DNA from: Armatimonadia bacterium
GTDB lineage: Bacteria > Armatimonadota > Zipacnadia > Zipacnadales > UBA11051
Direction of reading: 5' to 3'
DNA: 41,582 nt
Assembly (NCBI GenBank): GCA_039683575.1
Contig: JBDKRC010000248.1
Location: 1 to 41,582, forward strand
Shown in pieces: positions 16,471 to 25,814 of this stretch (position 1 is the first letter of the stretch; every line of letters begins with the position of its first letter). The notes beneath the pieces were generated by a model. The model saw only the letters and a list, made by a program, of their open reading frames with translations. It made no database searches and was not told the origin of the DNA. A program made the translations under genes and the position numbers.

Positions 16471-18194
16471 TCCTGCTCGCTTCTCGTCAGGCCAACCGCC
16501 TGACCATGGTCATCATCGTGATCCTGGCGCTCCTGCTCGGCGCGCTGGCTTTTGATCCTGCCCTGAACATGGGCGGTGACAATGCCGAGTACCTCGGCCT
16601 CGCCCGCGCCCTCTCAACCGGCCAGGGCTTCACGGTACTGAGCGCCCCCGTGCCCCATCCAGAAACCCAGCGCACGCCCGGATATCCGCTCTTTCTCGCG
16701 CTCTTCATGCGCATCTTTGGCGAGGAGTTGTGGGCGCTCAAACTCACCTCGCTCCTGCTCATGGCTGCCAGCGCCCTCCTCGCCTACCGCTTTCTGCGCT
16801 GCCAGCGCGCCTCCACTCTCCTGTTGAGCGCGTTTGGCGTCTGGCTCTTCATCTGGAACCTCGACATCCTTGCGCTGGGCTCGGTCACCGGCTCGGAGAT
16901 GCTCTACACGTTCGTGACGATGATCGCCCTGCTCGCCGCCGTCCGCTACGTCGGCAAAGACGAGACGGTGCGCCCGGATTTCGTCAGAAACAAGCCTCAC
17001 ACGTGGGCCTGGCTCATTGTCATGGTCCTCGCCGCCGTCGCCTCCATCTACGTCCGACCCAATGGCATCACCATGGTCCCCGCCCTGGGCATGTACCTGC
17101 TCTTGCGGCGCGAGTGGCGGGCTCTGCTCGTGGGCCTGATTGCTGGCGGCCTGCTTTTGACCCCGCTCATCCAACTGCAGCGCCAGGCAGCCGCCCAGGG
17201 ACCGACCTACCTGACCTACATGAATACCAGCGAGGAGGGTGACAGCTCGCGCGAGATGCGCGGCGCCGGGGACCTGGTCCGGCGCATCGCCCGAACCGCT
17301 TCCACTCAGACCCTCAACCTCGGGCAACTGCTGATCCTGCGCCCTGAGCACTTCAGCCTTCGTCCGCGGCCGGTAATTGCCGATCCACAGCCTGGTCCGC
17401 AGTCAGAACTGAGCCCCGCTGCCAGCGCAGTCCCTGCAGGGAACTCACCTCTCAGAGCTGCCCGCCACGCCTCACGCTACTTGCTCGGGCTCATTGTCAT
17501 CCTGGGGTTCATCATCACCTGGCGCGGACGCGGCAGCGCTATGCACTGGTACACCCTGATGAACATCCTGCTGCTCCTGCTGTCCCCCTTCCCGCGCGGG
17601 CGCTATCTCCTCCCGCTCCTGCCCCTGTGGGGCTGGTTCTTTGCCATGGCGGTCATGTGGGGCACAAGCCTCCTGCTCCAAAGACGCACTCCTGGTCGCG
17701 CGCTTCTCGTCATCATTGGTCTCATCGCCGTCGGAACGACTACCGTGGGTATCGCCCAGCGGGTTGCGCTCAACTGGGAGAACCGCGGGCTTAGCTGGCA
17801 CGCCCCCCAGCGCTATGCCCTCGACGGCACTGACTTCGTGAACTACGCCGCCACCATGGAGTGGACTGGCCTGCACACGCCCGAAAACGCCGTCGTCGTC
17901 GCGCGCAAGCCCTACAACGTCTACTGGGTCACCGGCCGCCACTCAACCTGGGCGCCGCTGTGGATCGAGCAACCTGACAGGCTCTGGCAAAGCCTCGTCA
18001 TCCAGTCCCGGCAGACCCCGCTGTATGTCATTCAGGATGGTTTCCGGAACCGCTATCACGGAGACCTAACCAACCGCAACCTGGCGCCGGCCCTTGCTGC
18101 CCACCGTCAGGAGATCGATCCGGTCTTCCGGGTCCTGCAGCCGCAGACCACCGTCTGGCGCCTGAGGACCTTTGCGGGGGCACTCCAGCCATGA
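16467..18194 (+). CDS. GT-C fold (ArnT/PMT-like) integral membrane glycosyltransferase
   Basis: First TM followed by GDNAEY..LA..L..G.G, then PGYP..LA, SE..Y, RP.G and RYLLPLLP, with many TMs. Confidence 0.8.
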   Translation: MILLASRQANRLTMVIIVILALLLGALAFDPALNMGGDNAEYLGLARALSTGQGFTVLSAPVPHPETQRTPGYPLFLALFMRIFGEELWALKLTSLLLMAASALLAYRFLRCQRASTLLLSAFGVWLFIWNLDILALGSVTGSEMLYTFVTMIALLAAVRYVGKDETVRPDFVRNKPHTWAWLIVMVLAAVASIYVRPNGITMVPALGMYLLLRREWRALLVGLIAGGLLLTPLIQLQRQAAAQGPTYLTYMNTSEEGDSSREMRGAGDLVRRIARTASTQTLNLGQLLILRPEHFSLRPRPVIADPQPGPQSELSPAASAVPAGNSPLRAARHASRYLLGLIVILGFIITWRGRGSAMHWYTLMNILLLLLSPFPRGRYLLPLLPLWGWFFAMAVMWGTSLLLQRRTPGRALLVIIGLIAVGTTTVGIAQRVALNWENRGLSWHAPQRYALDGTDFVNYAATMEWTGLHTPENAVVVARKPYNVYWVTGRHSTWAPLWIEQPDRLWQSLVIQSRQTPLYVIQDGFRNRYHGDLTNRNLAPALAAHRQEIDPVFRVLQPQTTVWRLRTFAGALQP

Positions 18195-19300
18195 AGGTCC
18201 TCACCCTCACCCATGAACTACCCCCCATCGGCGGCGGCGGCGGGCGCATCGCGCTCGAACTGGCGCGCCGTATGGCCGGGCTCGGCCATGAGATTGAGAT
18301 CGTGACCGCAGCCTGCGGCGACCTTCCGCTCGACGAAGTCCTGGACGGTGTTCGCATCCGCCGCCTCCCCTGCGGGCGCAAGCATCTCGAGTATTCCACC
18401 GGCACGGAGAAGGCCCGCTACATCGCTGCCGCGGTCAAGGCTCTCCAGCGTCAGGCGCTGGACTACGATCTCATCCACGCCCACTTCATACTTCCCGCGG
18501 GCCTCGTAGCGGCACTGCGCCCTCTGCCCTACCTCGTCACCTGCCACGGCTCCGACGTCCCCGGCCACAACCCCTACGAGGGCGCCTGGGAGCATCGTCT
18601 CATGCGCTCCCTGTGGCGCCGGGTCGTGGACCGCGCCGGGGCCATAGTCTCGCCGTCTCAGAACCTCTGCGACCTCCTGCTGCGAGTGGACCCGTCCCTG
18701 GACGCCAAACTCCACCGTATCCCCAACGGCTACCCATGCGGCAAGTTCGCCGAGAGCACCCATGAGGGCGGCATCCTCATGCTCAGCCGCCTGATCCCGC
18801 TCAAGGGCTTCCAGTGGTTTCTGCAGGGGCTTCAGGGCCTGGACCTCGGCGTAGACGTGAGCCTTGTGGGCGACGGCCCCATGCGCGCTGAACTCGAGGC
18901 TCTTGCCAATGAGACGCCGACTAAGGTGATCTTTCACGGCTGGTTGGATAACGACTCTCCGCGCCTGCGGGAGCTATTCGAGAGTGCCTCGATCTTCGTC
19001 TTCCCCTCGGAGGCAGAGAACTTCCCCACGGTCCTGCTTGAGGCGATGGACGCCGGCCTTGCCATCGTCACCACGAATGTAAAGGGATGCCCTGAGGTCA
19101 TCGGCCCCGCGGGCCTCACAGTACCGCCACGCTCGCCAGAGGCTCTCCGTGACGCAGTCCAGGGCCTCATCGGGGACCCCGAGCGTCGCCTCAGCCTCGG
19201 CCGCCAGGCTCATGCCCGGGTGCGCGCTGAATTCGACTGGTCGGTAGTGGAACGGCAGTACGAGGCGCTCTATGGGGCGGTGGCCAATGCCACCACCTGA
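18191..19300 (+). CDS. GT4 glycosyltransferase
   Basis: E.PPIGGG, HAHF.LP.G, HGSDVPG, IPNG, SRL...KG, FPS..ENFP.VLLEAM..GL. Confidence 0.92.
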   Translation: MKVLTLTHELPPIGGGGGRIALELARRMAGLGHEIEIVTAACGDLPLDEVLDGVRIRRLPCGRKHLEYSTGTEKARYIAAAVKALQRQALDYDLIHAHFILPAGLVAALRPLPYLVTCHGSDVPGHNPYEGAWEHRLMRSLWRRVVDRAGAIVSPSQNLCDLLLRVDPSLDAKLHRIPNGYPCGKFAESTHEGGILMLSRLIPLKGFQWFLQGLQGLDLGVDVSLVGDGPMRAELEALANETPTKVIFHGWLDNDSPRLRELFESASIFVFPSEAENFPTVLLEAMDAGLAIVTTNVKGCPEVIGPAGLTVPPRSPEALRDAVQGLIGDPERRLSLGRQAHARVRAEFDWSVVERQYEALYGAVANATT

Positions 19301-20876
19301 GCAAACCACCACGGCCACTCCCGAAGCGATCACCACGGCTCCCGCGTCAGTCCCTGCCGCCGTGCCCACCGAACAGGGCCGCCGCGCCGCCCGCAACATC
19401 CTGTGGTCCGGCTGGGGACAGATCTCAGTCGCCGCCGCCGGTATCGTCTGGCTCTTTACCGTGCCCCGCACGCTTGGCCCGCAGTACTACGGCATCTTCG
19501 TCCTGCTGAGCTCGCTCATTGACTTCCACACCATGGGGTGCACGCTCGGCGTTCAGAATGCCTTCGCCTATTACTTCCCGCTTCTGCGCACCCATCATCC
19601 GCGGCAACTCAGCCGTCTGACGACCGCCTACAGCCTGGTGGTTTTGGGGATAAGCCTGCCTGCCGCGTTTCTCATCGGCTGGCTCGGAATACGCCTCGGC
19701 GGCAATATTGTGACGGCGCTGCTGGCCGGGCTGGCCGCGCTGGCGGCACTCATTCAGGCAGCCAACGGCATCTTCGGCGCCATCCTCTACGGCGAGAACC
19801 GCATCGCCACCTATTCCGTACGCTTCCCGCTGCAGCAGGTTGTCACTACCGCCGCCGTGTTTGCCGGCGCGTGGTGGTTTGGGCTTAAGGGTTCCGTGGC
19901 AGGGCTGACAGCCGCCGTGGCAGTCATGCTACTCTGGCTTCTCGCGGTGGCTCGCCCGTGGCGCTATCTTGCTGCGCCGGCGGACACCGTCGCGAGACTG
20001 CAAGACGTGACTGCAGCCACTGACACGACCACCAATGATCCCCCTCGCCGCCTGCTCCGTCAGGCCCTGGTGTTTGGCCTATACTCCCTTTTCGGCGGCC
20101 TCGCCGCCCTCACCGTCACCCGCGGTGGCAACATCATCCTTGTCGGCGTGTGACTCAAGGCCGATGAGGTGGCCGTCTTCGCCGTCGGCCTCGGATTCGT
20201 GCTTCAGGGCGTCGTACTATTGTCGGCGCTCGGCACGGCCCTTACACCGGGACTCGCCAGTCTGATCTCCAAGGGCGAGCCAGGCCGCGCCGCCGACTGG
20301 GCACAACGCGCCGCCAGGTATCAGGCCTTCGCTGCCATTGTCGCCGTTGGCTTCGTGGCCTTCCTCGGCAAGCACCTGCTGTACGCCGCCGTAGGCAATC
20401 GCTTTCCTGGCGTTTTCACCATCACCATGATCGGCGCCGCAGCCCTGGTACCCATGGCGCAAACGAACCTCAGCAATCAGATGGCAATCGCCTGGGGCCG
20501 CCCGCGCATCACGATGGAAGCCTGGGTGCTGATGAGCGTGCTGTTCCTGACCGGCGCAGCCATCTACGGCTCTCTGGATGGCCCCGTCGGCGCCGCTCTC
20601 GCGCTGGTAGGCACAGCCTGGCTGACCTCCTTCCTGGTCAGTTGGCGGCTCAGGTCCTCTGGGGGGCCCGAAATGTGGAACTGGCCCGTAGTGAAGCTAC
20701 TGCTCGTTGCGACGCCGGGCTTCGCCGCGACGCTGCTCCCCGACACCATTCTCCTTAACGTCCTGCTATATGCCGGTTTCATCGTCTATCTCGCCCTCGT
20801 GGCCTTTATGACAAACACCATAACCCCCGCTGAGATCAGGGAGATCATCGGCGCGATACGCCACCGCGAACCCTGA
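19287..20876 (+). pseudogene. wzx: Second Wzx-type flippase, interrupted by one in-frame TGA at 20151-20153
   Basis: ORFs 19272-20153 and 20169-20876 share a frame. Read-through gives ...IILVGV*LKADEVAVFAVG..., a continuous 529-codon flippase. R.LGP..YG.F near the N-terminus and G..GAA.A near the C-terminus. Confidence 0.78.
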
Positions 20877-21102
20877 CGGGCCCCCTCACGCGCTTTTGGG
20901 CGCTTCTTTGGCCACTTCATACCCTCCCCTGAGCTTTCCCGGGCAAACTCGCTGCTGAGGTGAGACCAATGGCAGGTTCCAACACACGGGCCCGCTCTCG
21001 CCGGCCCGTGTTCGTTTGCCACGCCCTCGACTCGCAGGTAAAAAGCGTCCCTGGGGCGAAGCACGGAATTGTTGTCAGCATATCCGCCAGCGGAGGCCGA
21101 CT

Positions 21103-24100
21103 GTGAAGACCCTCTGGATCGCCCTTTCAGTCCTGACCTGCCTGACCGCTCTCGCCGCGCCCGTTCCTCCCGCCGATCAGAAACTATGGTTGCGGCACCT
21201 CATCCCTCTCCCCAAGCAGATTGAGTTCAAAGGCACCTTCCAGGTCGCACCGCAGGCCCTCAGCATAGAGACTGCCCCCGGTGTTGGCGACGTTGGACAG
21301 GCAGGAGCCGCGCTTCTCCGAAAGTCCCTGGGGCTTCCTGAAGATCAGGGCAAGACGCTTGCCAAGCCTCAGTTCACCATCACTTTCGCGCTATGCAACC
21401 CGAAGGACAAACGCGCAGTAACCGAGGCCGCTCAATTGGCCAAGCGCCCTAACTGCGAGCAGGCGTACGCCATCGTCCCCGGTAAGAACACCCTCGCCGT
21501 GGTCGCCCTGGATGAGCGCGGCCTGTACTATGGCGCCCTGACGCTCTCTCAACTGCTGCCCGTCAAGCAGACCCCGCAGCGCCTGGCGATCCCGATGGTC
21601 TCGGTCCTCGACTGGCCGGACCTCAACGAGCGCGGTCTGTGGGGCGGCAACGCGGTCAATGACATCGAGTGGATGTCGTCATACAAGATGAACCTCGTCG
21701 AGGCCCATGCGAACCTGAGCCTCAGCCCCGACGGCAAGGGAGTCGCCAAATTCAGCCCGGAAAAGGTCGAGGAGGGTCGCCTGCATGCCTTCAAGGTAGT
21801 CCCGGTGCTCACCCATCTGGACCAGATAGCCCCGCTTGGCGTCTTCGAGCGCTTCCCGGAGCTACAAGGCAAGGAGCCCGGCGCCAAGCTCCAGGGCCAC
21901 GCGTATGTGACCGCTCCGTGTGCCTCACAGCCGGGCTTCGTGAAGCTCCTCAGCGAGTGGATGACTGATCTAGTCACCATCCCCCACGTCACAGACATCT
22001 GCATCTGGCTCAGCGAAAACGATGTCCAGTGCGCCTGTGACCAGTGCAAGGCAATTGGCGAGTTCCCCGCCGAAACCCGCGCCTGCGTGCAGGCCTTCCG
22101 TATCGCCCAGAAGGCCAACCCCAACGCGCACCTCCGCATCCTGCTCACCCAGGGCAGCTACAAGACCAATGACAAGGTGCTGGCCGAAATCCCGGCTGAC
22201 GTCAATGTGAGCTACTACGACGGCGGCCGGACGTACGACTCGTCCCGCGATCCGATGATCTACCCCTTGCTTGAAGACTACGCGAAGAAGGGCCGCTGGC
22301 TTGGCGTCTACCCTCAGGTCACCGCTTCCTGGCGCATCGTCTGCCCGTGGAGCGGCCCGCAGTTCATGAAGTACCGCATGACTGAGTTCGTGGACAAGAA
22401 GCTGACCAACCTCTGCGGCTATGCCACGCCCCACAACCGCCTCTACGACTTCAACGTCACCGCCGCCGCCGAATGGGGCTGGAACGCCCACGGCCGCGAT
22501 GAGCGCGAATTCGCCGCCGCGTGGGCCACCAGACGCGCCGTCAATGATCCGGAGAAGGCTGCCGACTGGGCAGTGATGCTCGGGCCGGTCGGCTGGGACG
22601 TCTACGGCTCGCGTGTGCCCTACACCGCCTTCTTCGGCGAGGCTGGCCGCATGATCCAGAACCGCGCCAAGCCTGTCTTCGGCAAGGGCATGTACCGCTA
22701 CTTCCCCGACGAAAAGCACCTGGCGGACGATCTCGCCATCTGCGCCCGAGCCGCCAAACTCGCTGCCGATCTCAACGATCCGTGGATCACCGCCGAGACC
22801 CAGGTCATCTCGGGCTATGTCACGATGCTGACCAAGCTCAACGACCTCTCCGCTCTGATCTCACGGGCCACCCCTCCCACGGAAACCGAGCGTACCGGCC
22901 TGCAGCGCACTCTCCGCGAATTCGCCCAGGCGGGGATTGAGGTAAATGCGGGGCTACGCGCCTGGGAAGCCGCCTCTCTCGGCGGCAAGGGGGGCGGCCG
23001 TCTGCAGGACACGATGTCTGTGACCGACCAGACGGTGGATCAGGTCAGCAAGGCGCTCCTGCCCTTCGGCGTCCGCAACCCCTTCGCCCCCTACCTGGTG
23101 AAGACCGTCGGCGAGTACCACGACCGGGACTTCGAGGACAAGCAGGTGATAGTTAAGAAGCTCGACATCACCTCCGCCGTCTCAGGTGCCGGCACCTACC
23201 AGGTACGCTTCACCCACACCGAGGGCTACCACGGCGCCACTGTGCAGCGCGTGGCCATCGCCACGGCCCCCCACGGGCAGACCGAGCCCCTGACCGAGGT
23301 AGTCTTCGACAAGCACTACGGCTCCATCGGCTACACGCCCAAGGGCGAGACCTACACGCTGGCACTGCCGGCTTATGACGAGACCTCAGACTACTTCCTC
23401 GTGGTTGACATGAGCGGGGTGAAGTCCAGTGCCCAGCCCATGAGCCGCCGGGGCATCAACGGGACCATCACCATGTGGAAGGAGCAGACGCCCGGCGAGG
23501 CTATCCCGGACCTCCCGCTCCTGCCCATGAGCGATGCCGAGAAGGCCCGCTACGGCGGGCCGAAGTTCACACAAGGCGGGGTACGCGTGGGAGTGCTGCA
23601 GGGCGGCTACGGCGCAGAGGCCTTGCTGAAATACCTGCAGGGCAAGCCCGGCATCGATGCGCAGCCCCTGTGGCTCGTCAACGCAGCGAACCTCAAGCCC
23701 TGCCAGGTGCTCATCGTGCCGCAGCCCTACCTGCCCGAGACCTACGCGCCGGCGATAGCGGCCCTCCTGACGAGATTCGTCACCGAGGGCGGCGGGGTAC
23801 TGACCCTGCACAACTCGGTTGGCTACCGCGGCCTGCCCGTCGCGGTGCCGGAGGTATGCGCCAAGGGCGTGACCCACATCAAGGACCCGGGGTGGCACCT
23901 AACGCCCGACACGACCCTCGCCACGGGCCTGCAGCGCGGCCGCACTCTCACGCAGAGCTACTATGACTACATCGTGCTGGAACCGGGCTCAAAGGGGACA
24001 GTAGTGGCCACCGGCGCCGCAACCGGCCGTCCGGTAATCGTCTTGGGGGAAACCGGCAAGGGGCGCTACGTAGCCTCCGGTCTCGGCACCTGCATCGGCC

Positions 24101-24183
24101 CAGGCGCCGACCAGGATGTCCCCCCGACTGAAGATGAAGGAGTATTCCTGCAAAACGCGGTGAAGTGGCTGGGAAAGCAATAG
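21103..24183 (+). CDS. Secreted multidomain glycoside hydrolase-like protein (GH20 N-terminal domain, TIM barrel, C-terminal ThuA/GATase-like domain)
   Basis: Signal peptide from GTG 21103 (GGAGG RBS). LIPLPKQI, EQAY.I, RGLYYG..TL.QL, DWPDL.ERG, KMN (GH20-N pattern), CACDQC, and C-terminal FV.EGGG.L.LH...G.GR.V. Confidence 0.7.
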   Translation: MKTLWIALSVLTCLTALAAPVPPADQKLWLRHLIPLPKQIEFKGTFQVAPQALSIETAPGVGDVGQAGAALLRKSLGLPEDQGKTLAKPQFTITFALCNPKDKRAVTEAAQLAKRPNCEQAYAIVPGKNTLAVVALDERGLYYGALTLSQLLPVKQTPQRLAIPMVSVLDWPDLNERGLWGGNAVNDIEWMSSYKMNLVEAHANLSLSPDGKGVAKFSPEKVEEGRLHAFKVVPVLTHLDQIAPLGVFERFPELQGKEPGAKLQGHAYVTAPCASQPGFVKLLSEWMTDLVTIPHVTDICIWLSENDVQCACDQCKAIGEFPAETRACVQAFRIAQKANPNAHLRILLTQGSYKTNDKVLAEIPADVNVSYYDGGRTYDSSRDPMIYPLLEDYAKKGRWLGVYPQVTASWRIVCPWSGPQFMKYRMTEFVDKKLTNLCGYATPHNRLYDFNVTAAAEWGWNAHGRDEREFAAAWATRRAVNDPEKAADWAVMLGPVGWDVYGSRVPYTAFFGEAGRMIQNRAKPVFGKGMYRYFPDEKHLADDLAICARAAKLAADLNDPWITAETQVISGYVTMLTKLNDLSALISRATPPTETERTGLQRTLREFAQAGIEVNAGLRAWEAASLGGKGGGRLQDTMSVTDQTVDQVSKALLPFGVRNPFAPYLVKTVGEYHDRDFEDKQVIVKKLDITSAVSGAGTYQVRFTHTEGYHGATVQRVAIATAPHGQTEPLTEVVFDKHYGSIGYTPKGETYTLALPAYDETSDYFLVVDMSGVKSSAQPMSRRGINGTITMWKEQTPGEAIPDLPLLPMSDAEKARYGGPKFTQGGVRVGVLQGGYGAEALLKYLQGKPGIDAQPLWLVNAANLKPCQVLIVPQPYLPETYAPAIAALLTRFVTEGGGVLTLHNSVGYRGLPVAVPEVCAKGVTHIKDPGWHLTPDTTLATGLQRGRTLTQSYYDYIVLEPGSKGTVVATGAATGRPVIVLGETGKGRYVASGLGTCIGPGADQDVPPTEDEGVFLQNAVKWLGKQ

Positions 24184-24184
24184 G

Positions 24185-24347
24185 TGCAGGACCGGGGCCT
24201 ATACCCGGCCGCCGCACTGTCCACTAACTGTAGGGCCGGGGCTCGTACCCGGCCGCCGCGCTGTCCGCCAGCTGTAGGGCCGGGGCTCGTACCCGGCCGC
24301 CGCACTGTCCACCAACTGTAGGGCCGGGGCTCGTACCCGGCCGCCGC
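24185..24347 (+). repeat. Tandem array of ~3.7 x 44-bp GTAG-REP units
   Basis: Units start at 24185, 24229, 24273 and 24317. Consensus TGTAGGGCCGGGGCTCGTACCCGGCCGCCGCACTGTCCACCAAC. Lies between convergent genes. Confidence 0.9.
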
Positions 24348-24357
24348 CCCCCTCTGC

Positions 24358-25236
24358 TTACTTCCAGCAATATACCCCCGCCAGCATCGGCGCCAGTTCA
24401 TCATCTGTGAACCCCTGGAAGTCACCATGCATCCGGGGCCGCAGCCGCCTCACCGCTTCCACGTCCTCGGCCAAGGCTCGCGTCTCCACCTCCAGTCCCA
24501 GTTCCTCAAACATCCGCTGCAACTGCGGAAGACGCAGGCGGTTCAGGTAAGCTTTGTGCGGGTACCGTGAGGTCAGCACATGCGACCACATATACTCTGA
24601 GTAACACAGGAACTGCAGCGGGAACCGGAAAAAGTGGTCCCGCAGGTCCACCATGTGATACATGAACCCGCCGGGCTTGAGCACTCGCGCCAACTCCTTG
24701 AAGACCTCCTGCGGCTCGTTCAGGCACTGCAAAACACTATGTGAGAAGATCGCTCCCACCGAGTTATCGGGCAGTCCCGTAGCCGTGGCGCTCTGCCAGC
24801 GGAACTCAATCCTTCCCCCTCCGAAAGTGGCAAGCTCCCTCGTCTCCCCGGGGTCGAGTACCGCCACACGCTGCCACTCCGCGCCGCAGTACCCAAATGC
24901 CGCCATCAGGTCGCGAATCCGTTGCTGCAGAAGGCCCTGGTCCAGATTGCGCCGTGCCCGCTCCACGAACACTACCCGCGCTGCGCCCTGCCCCAGGAAC
25001 CCAACCGCTGCCGGGTTGTACCTCCCAGGACCGATCTCCAGGACCGTCTCTCCGGCCAGCTCCCCCGCCGCATAGTCGACTGCACTAACCTGCCCCTCGT
25101 GGACCTGCACAAGGTGCCGCAGGTCATCGAAGTCGTTCGTCAGGTACCGTCTGGCTACGTTCCCCGGCATAAGCCGACGCGACAGCCTGCCAGCCAGATA
25201 CGGTACTTCTGTCAGAAGACTCATACCAGGACTCAC
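24358..25236 (-). CDS. Class I SAM-dependent methyltransferase
   Basis: VLEIGPG motif I, LPDNSV..IFS.SVL, RVLKPGG.M.H.VDLRDH, NRLR. Confidence 0.88.
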   Translation of the reverse strand: MSPGMSLLTEVPYLAGRLSRRLMPGNVARRYLTNDFDDLRHLVQVHEGQVSAVDYAAGELAGETVLEIGPGRYNPAAVGFLGQGAARVVFVERARRNLDQGLLQQRIRDLMAAFGYCGAEWQRVAVLDPGETRELATFGGGRIEFRWQSATATGLPDNSVGAIFSHSVLQCLNEPQEVFKELARVLKPGGFMYHMVDLRDHFFRFPLQFLCYSEYMWSHVLTSRYPHKAYLNRLRLPQLQRMFEELGLEVETRALAEDVEAVRRLRPRMHGDFQGFTDDELAPMLAGVYCWK

Positions 25237-25471
25237 TTACTAGCCGAGATTGATGGTTCTTCGACGCCCTTGCGTCGTCACGGTTCAGGCCACACCCCCA
25301 CAGTTCCTCACCACCATCGAAGCCTGGAAACCGCCCTGAGCGCTCCCTGAGCCCATCTGCGGCCTGGTCCCGCCATCGGTGCTTCTTCTTCATCATCACC
25401 AGGATATATTTTCATTGCAAAACAGGAACAATATCACGCTGATGGGGGGTCATACTTACCGACGTACGGCG

Positions 25472-25727
25472 TAAGGGTTTTCGAAAGGCCGCCTAAGGTT
25501 TTACGAAGCGGTTGTCGGGGTATACTCACCCACAAGGCGTTGTGGCGTTGGCAGTGCCCCGCAGGTCCCCGCTGTTCAGCCCACGCAGTACGAAGCAAAT
25601 CCAACGGTTCCCCCAAAGTCGTGGCCTGTTTGTGTTGCAGCTCTCTTTTGTAGCGCTGCTTTCGAGAGGTTGTGCTTCCCGGAGCCGTCGAGGACGGATT
25701 GGTTTCGCACTGCTAAGGGATTTCGAA
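25472..25727. promoter_or_regulatory. Three copies of a 14-bp motif in the divergent promoter region
   Basis: TAAGGGTTTTCGAA (25472), TAAGGTTTTACGAA (25494, +22 bp) and TAAGGGATTTCGAA (25714). Confidence 0.45.
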
Positions 25728-25814
25728 CAGCGGGGTAGGGGATTGGCGGAGATCTGGCGAGAGAGGAGGTGGAGGCCCAATGCGCTCGACAGGCTCAACA
25801 TTCAGGAGGAACAG

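Noticed and set aside
20151-20153. Selenocysteine codon or genome-wide UGA recoding
   Set aside because: The position is a loop of a flippase with no redox-Cys context, and many other genes in the window end normally at TGA. Hairpins are common at this GC content.
24185-24347. CRISPR array
   Set aside because: The intervening segments are near-identical rather than unique spacers, the period is only 44 bp, and there are no cas genes. This is a tandem REP repeat.
25460-25520. c-di-GMP-I riboswitch (CGAAAG and CCTAAG sub-motifs)
   Set aside because: It lacks the GGCAAAC...GACGCAAAG framework and a proper tetraloop receptor, and is better explained as direct repeats. An Infernal/Rfam scan would settle it.
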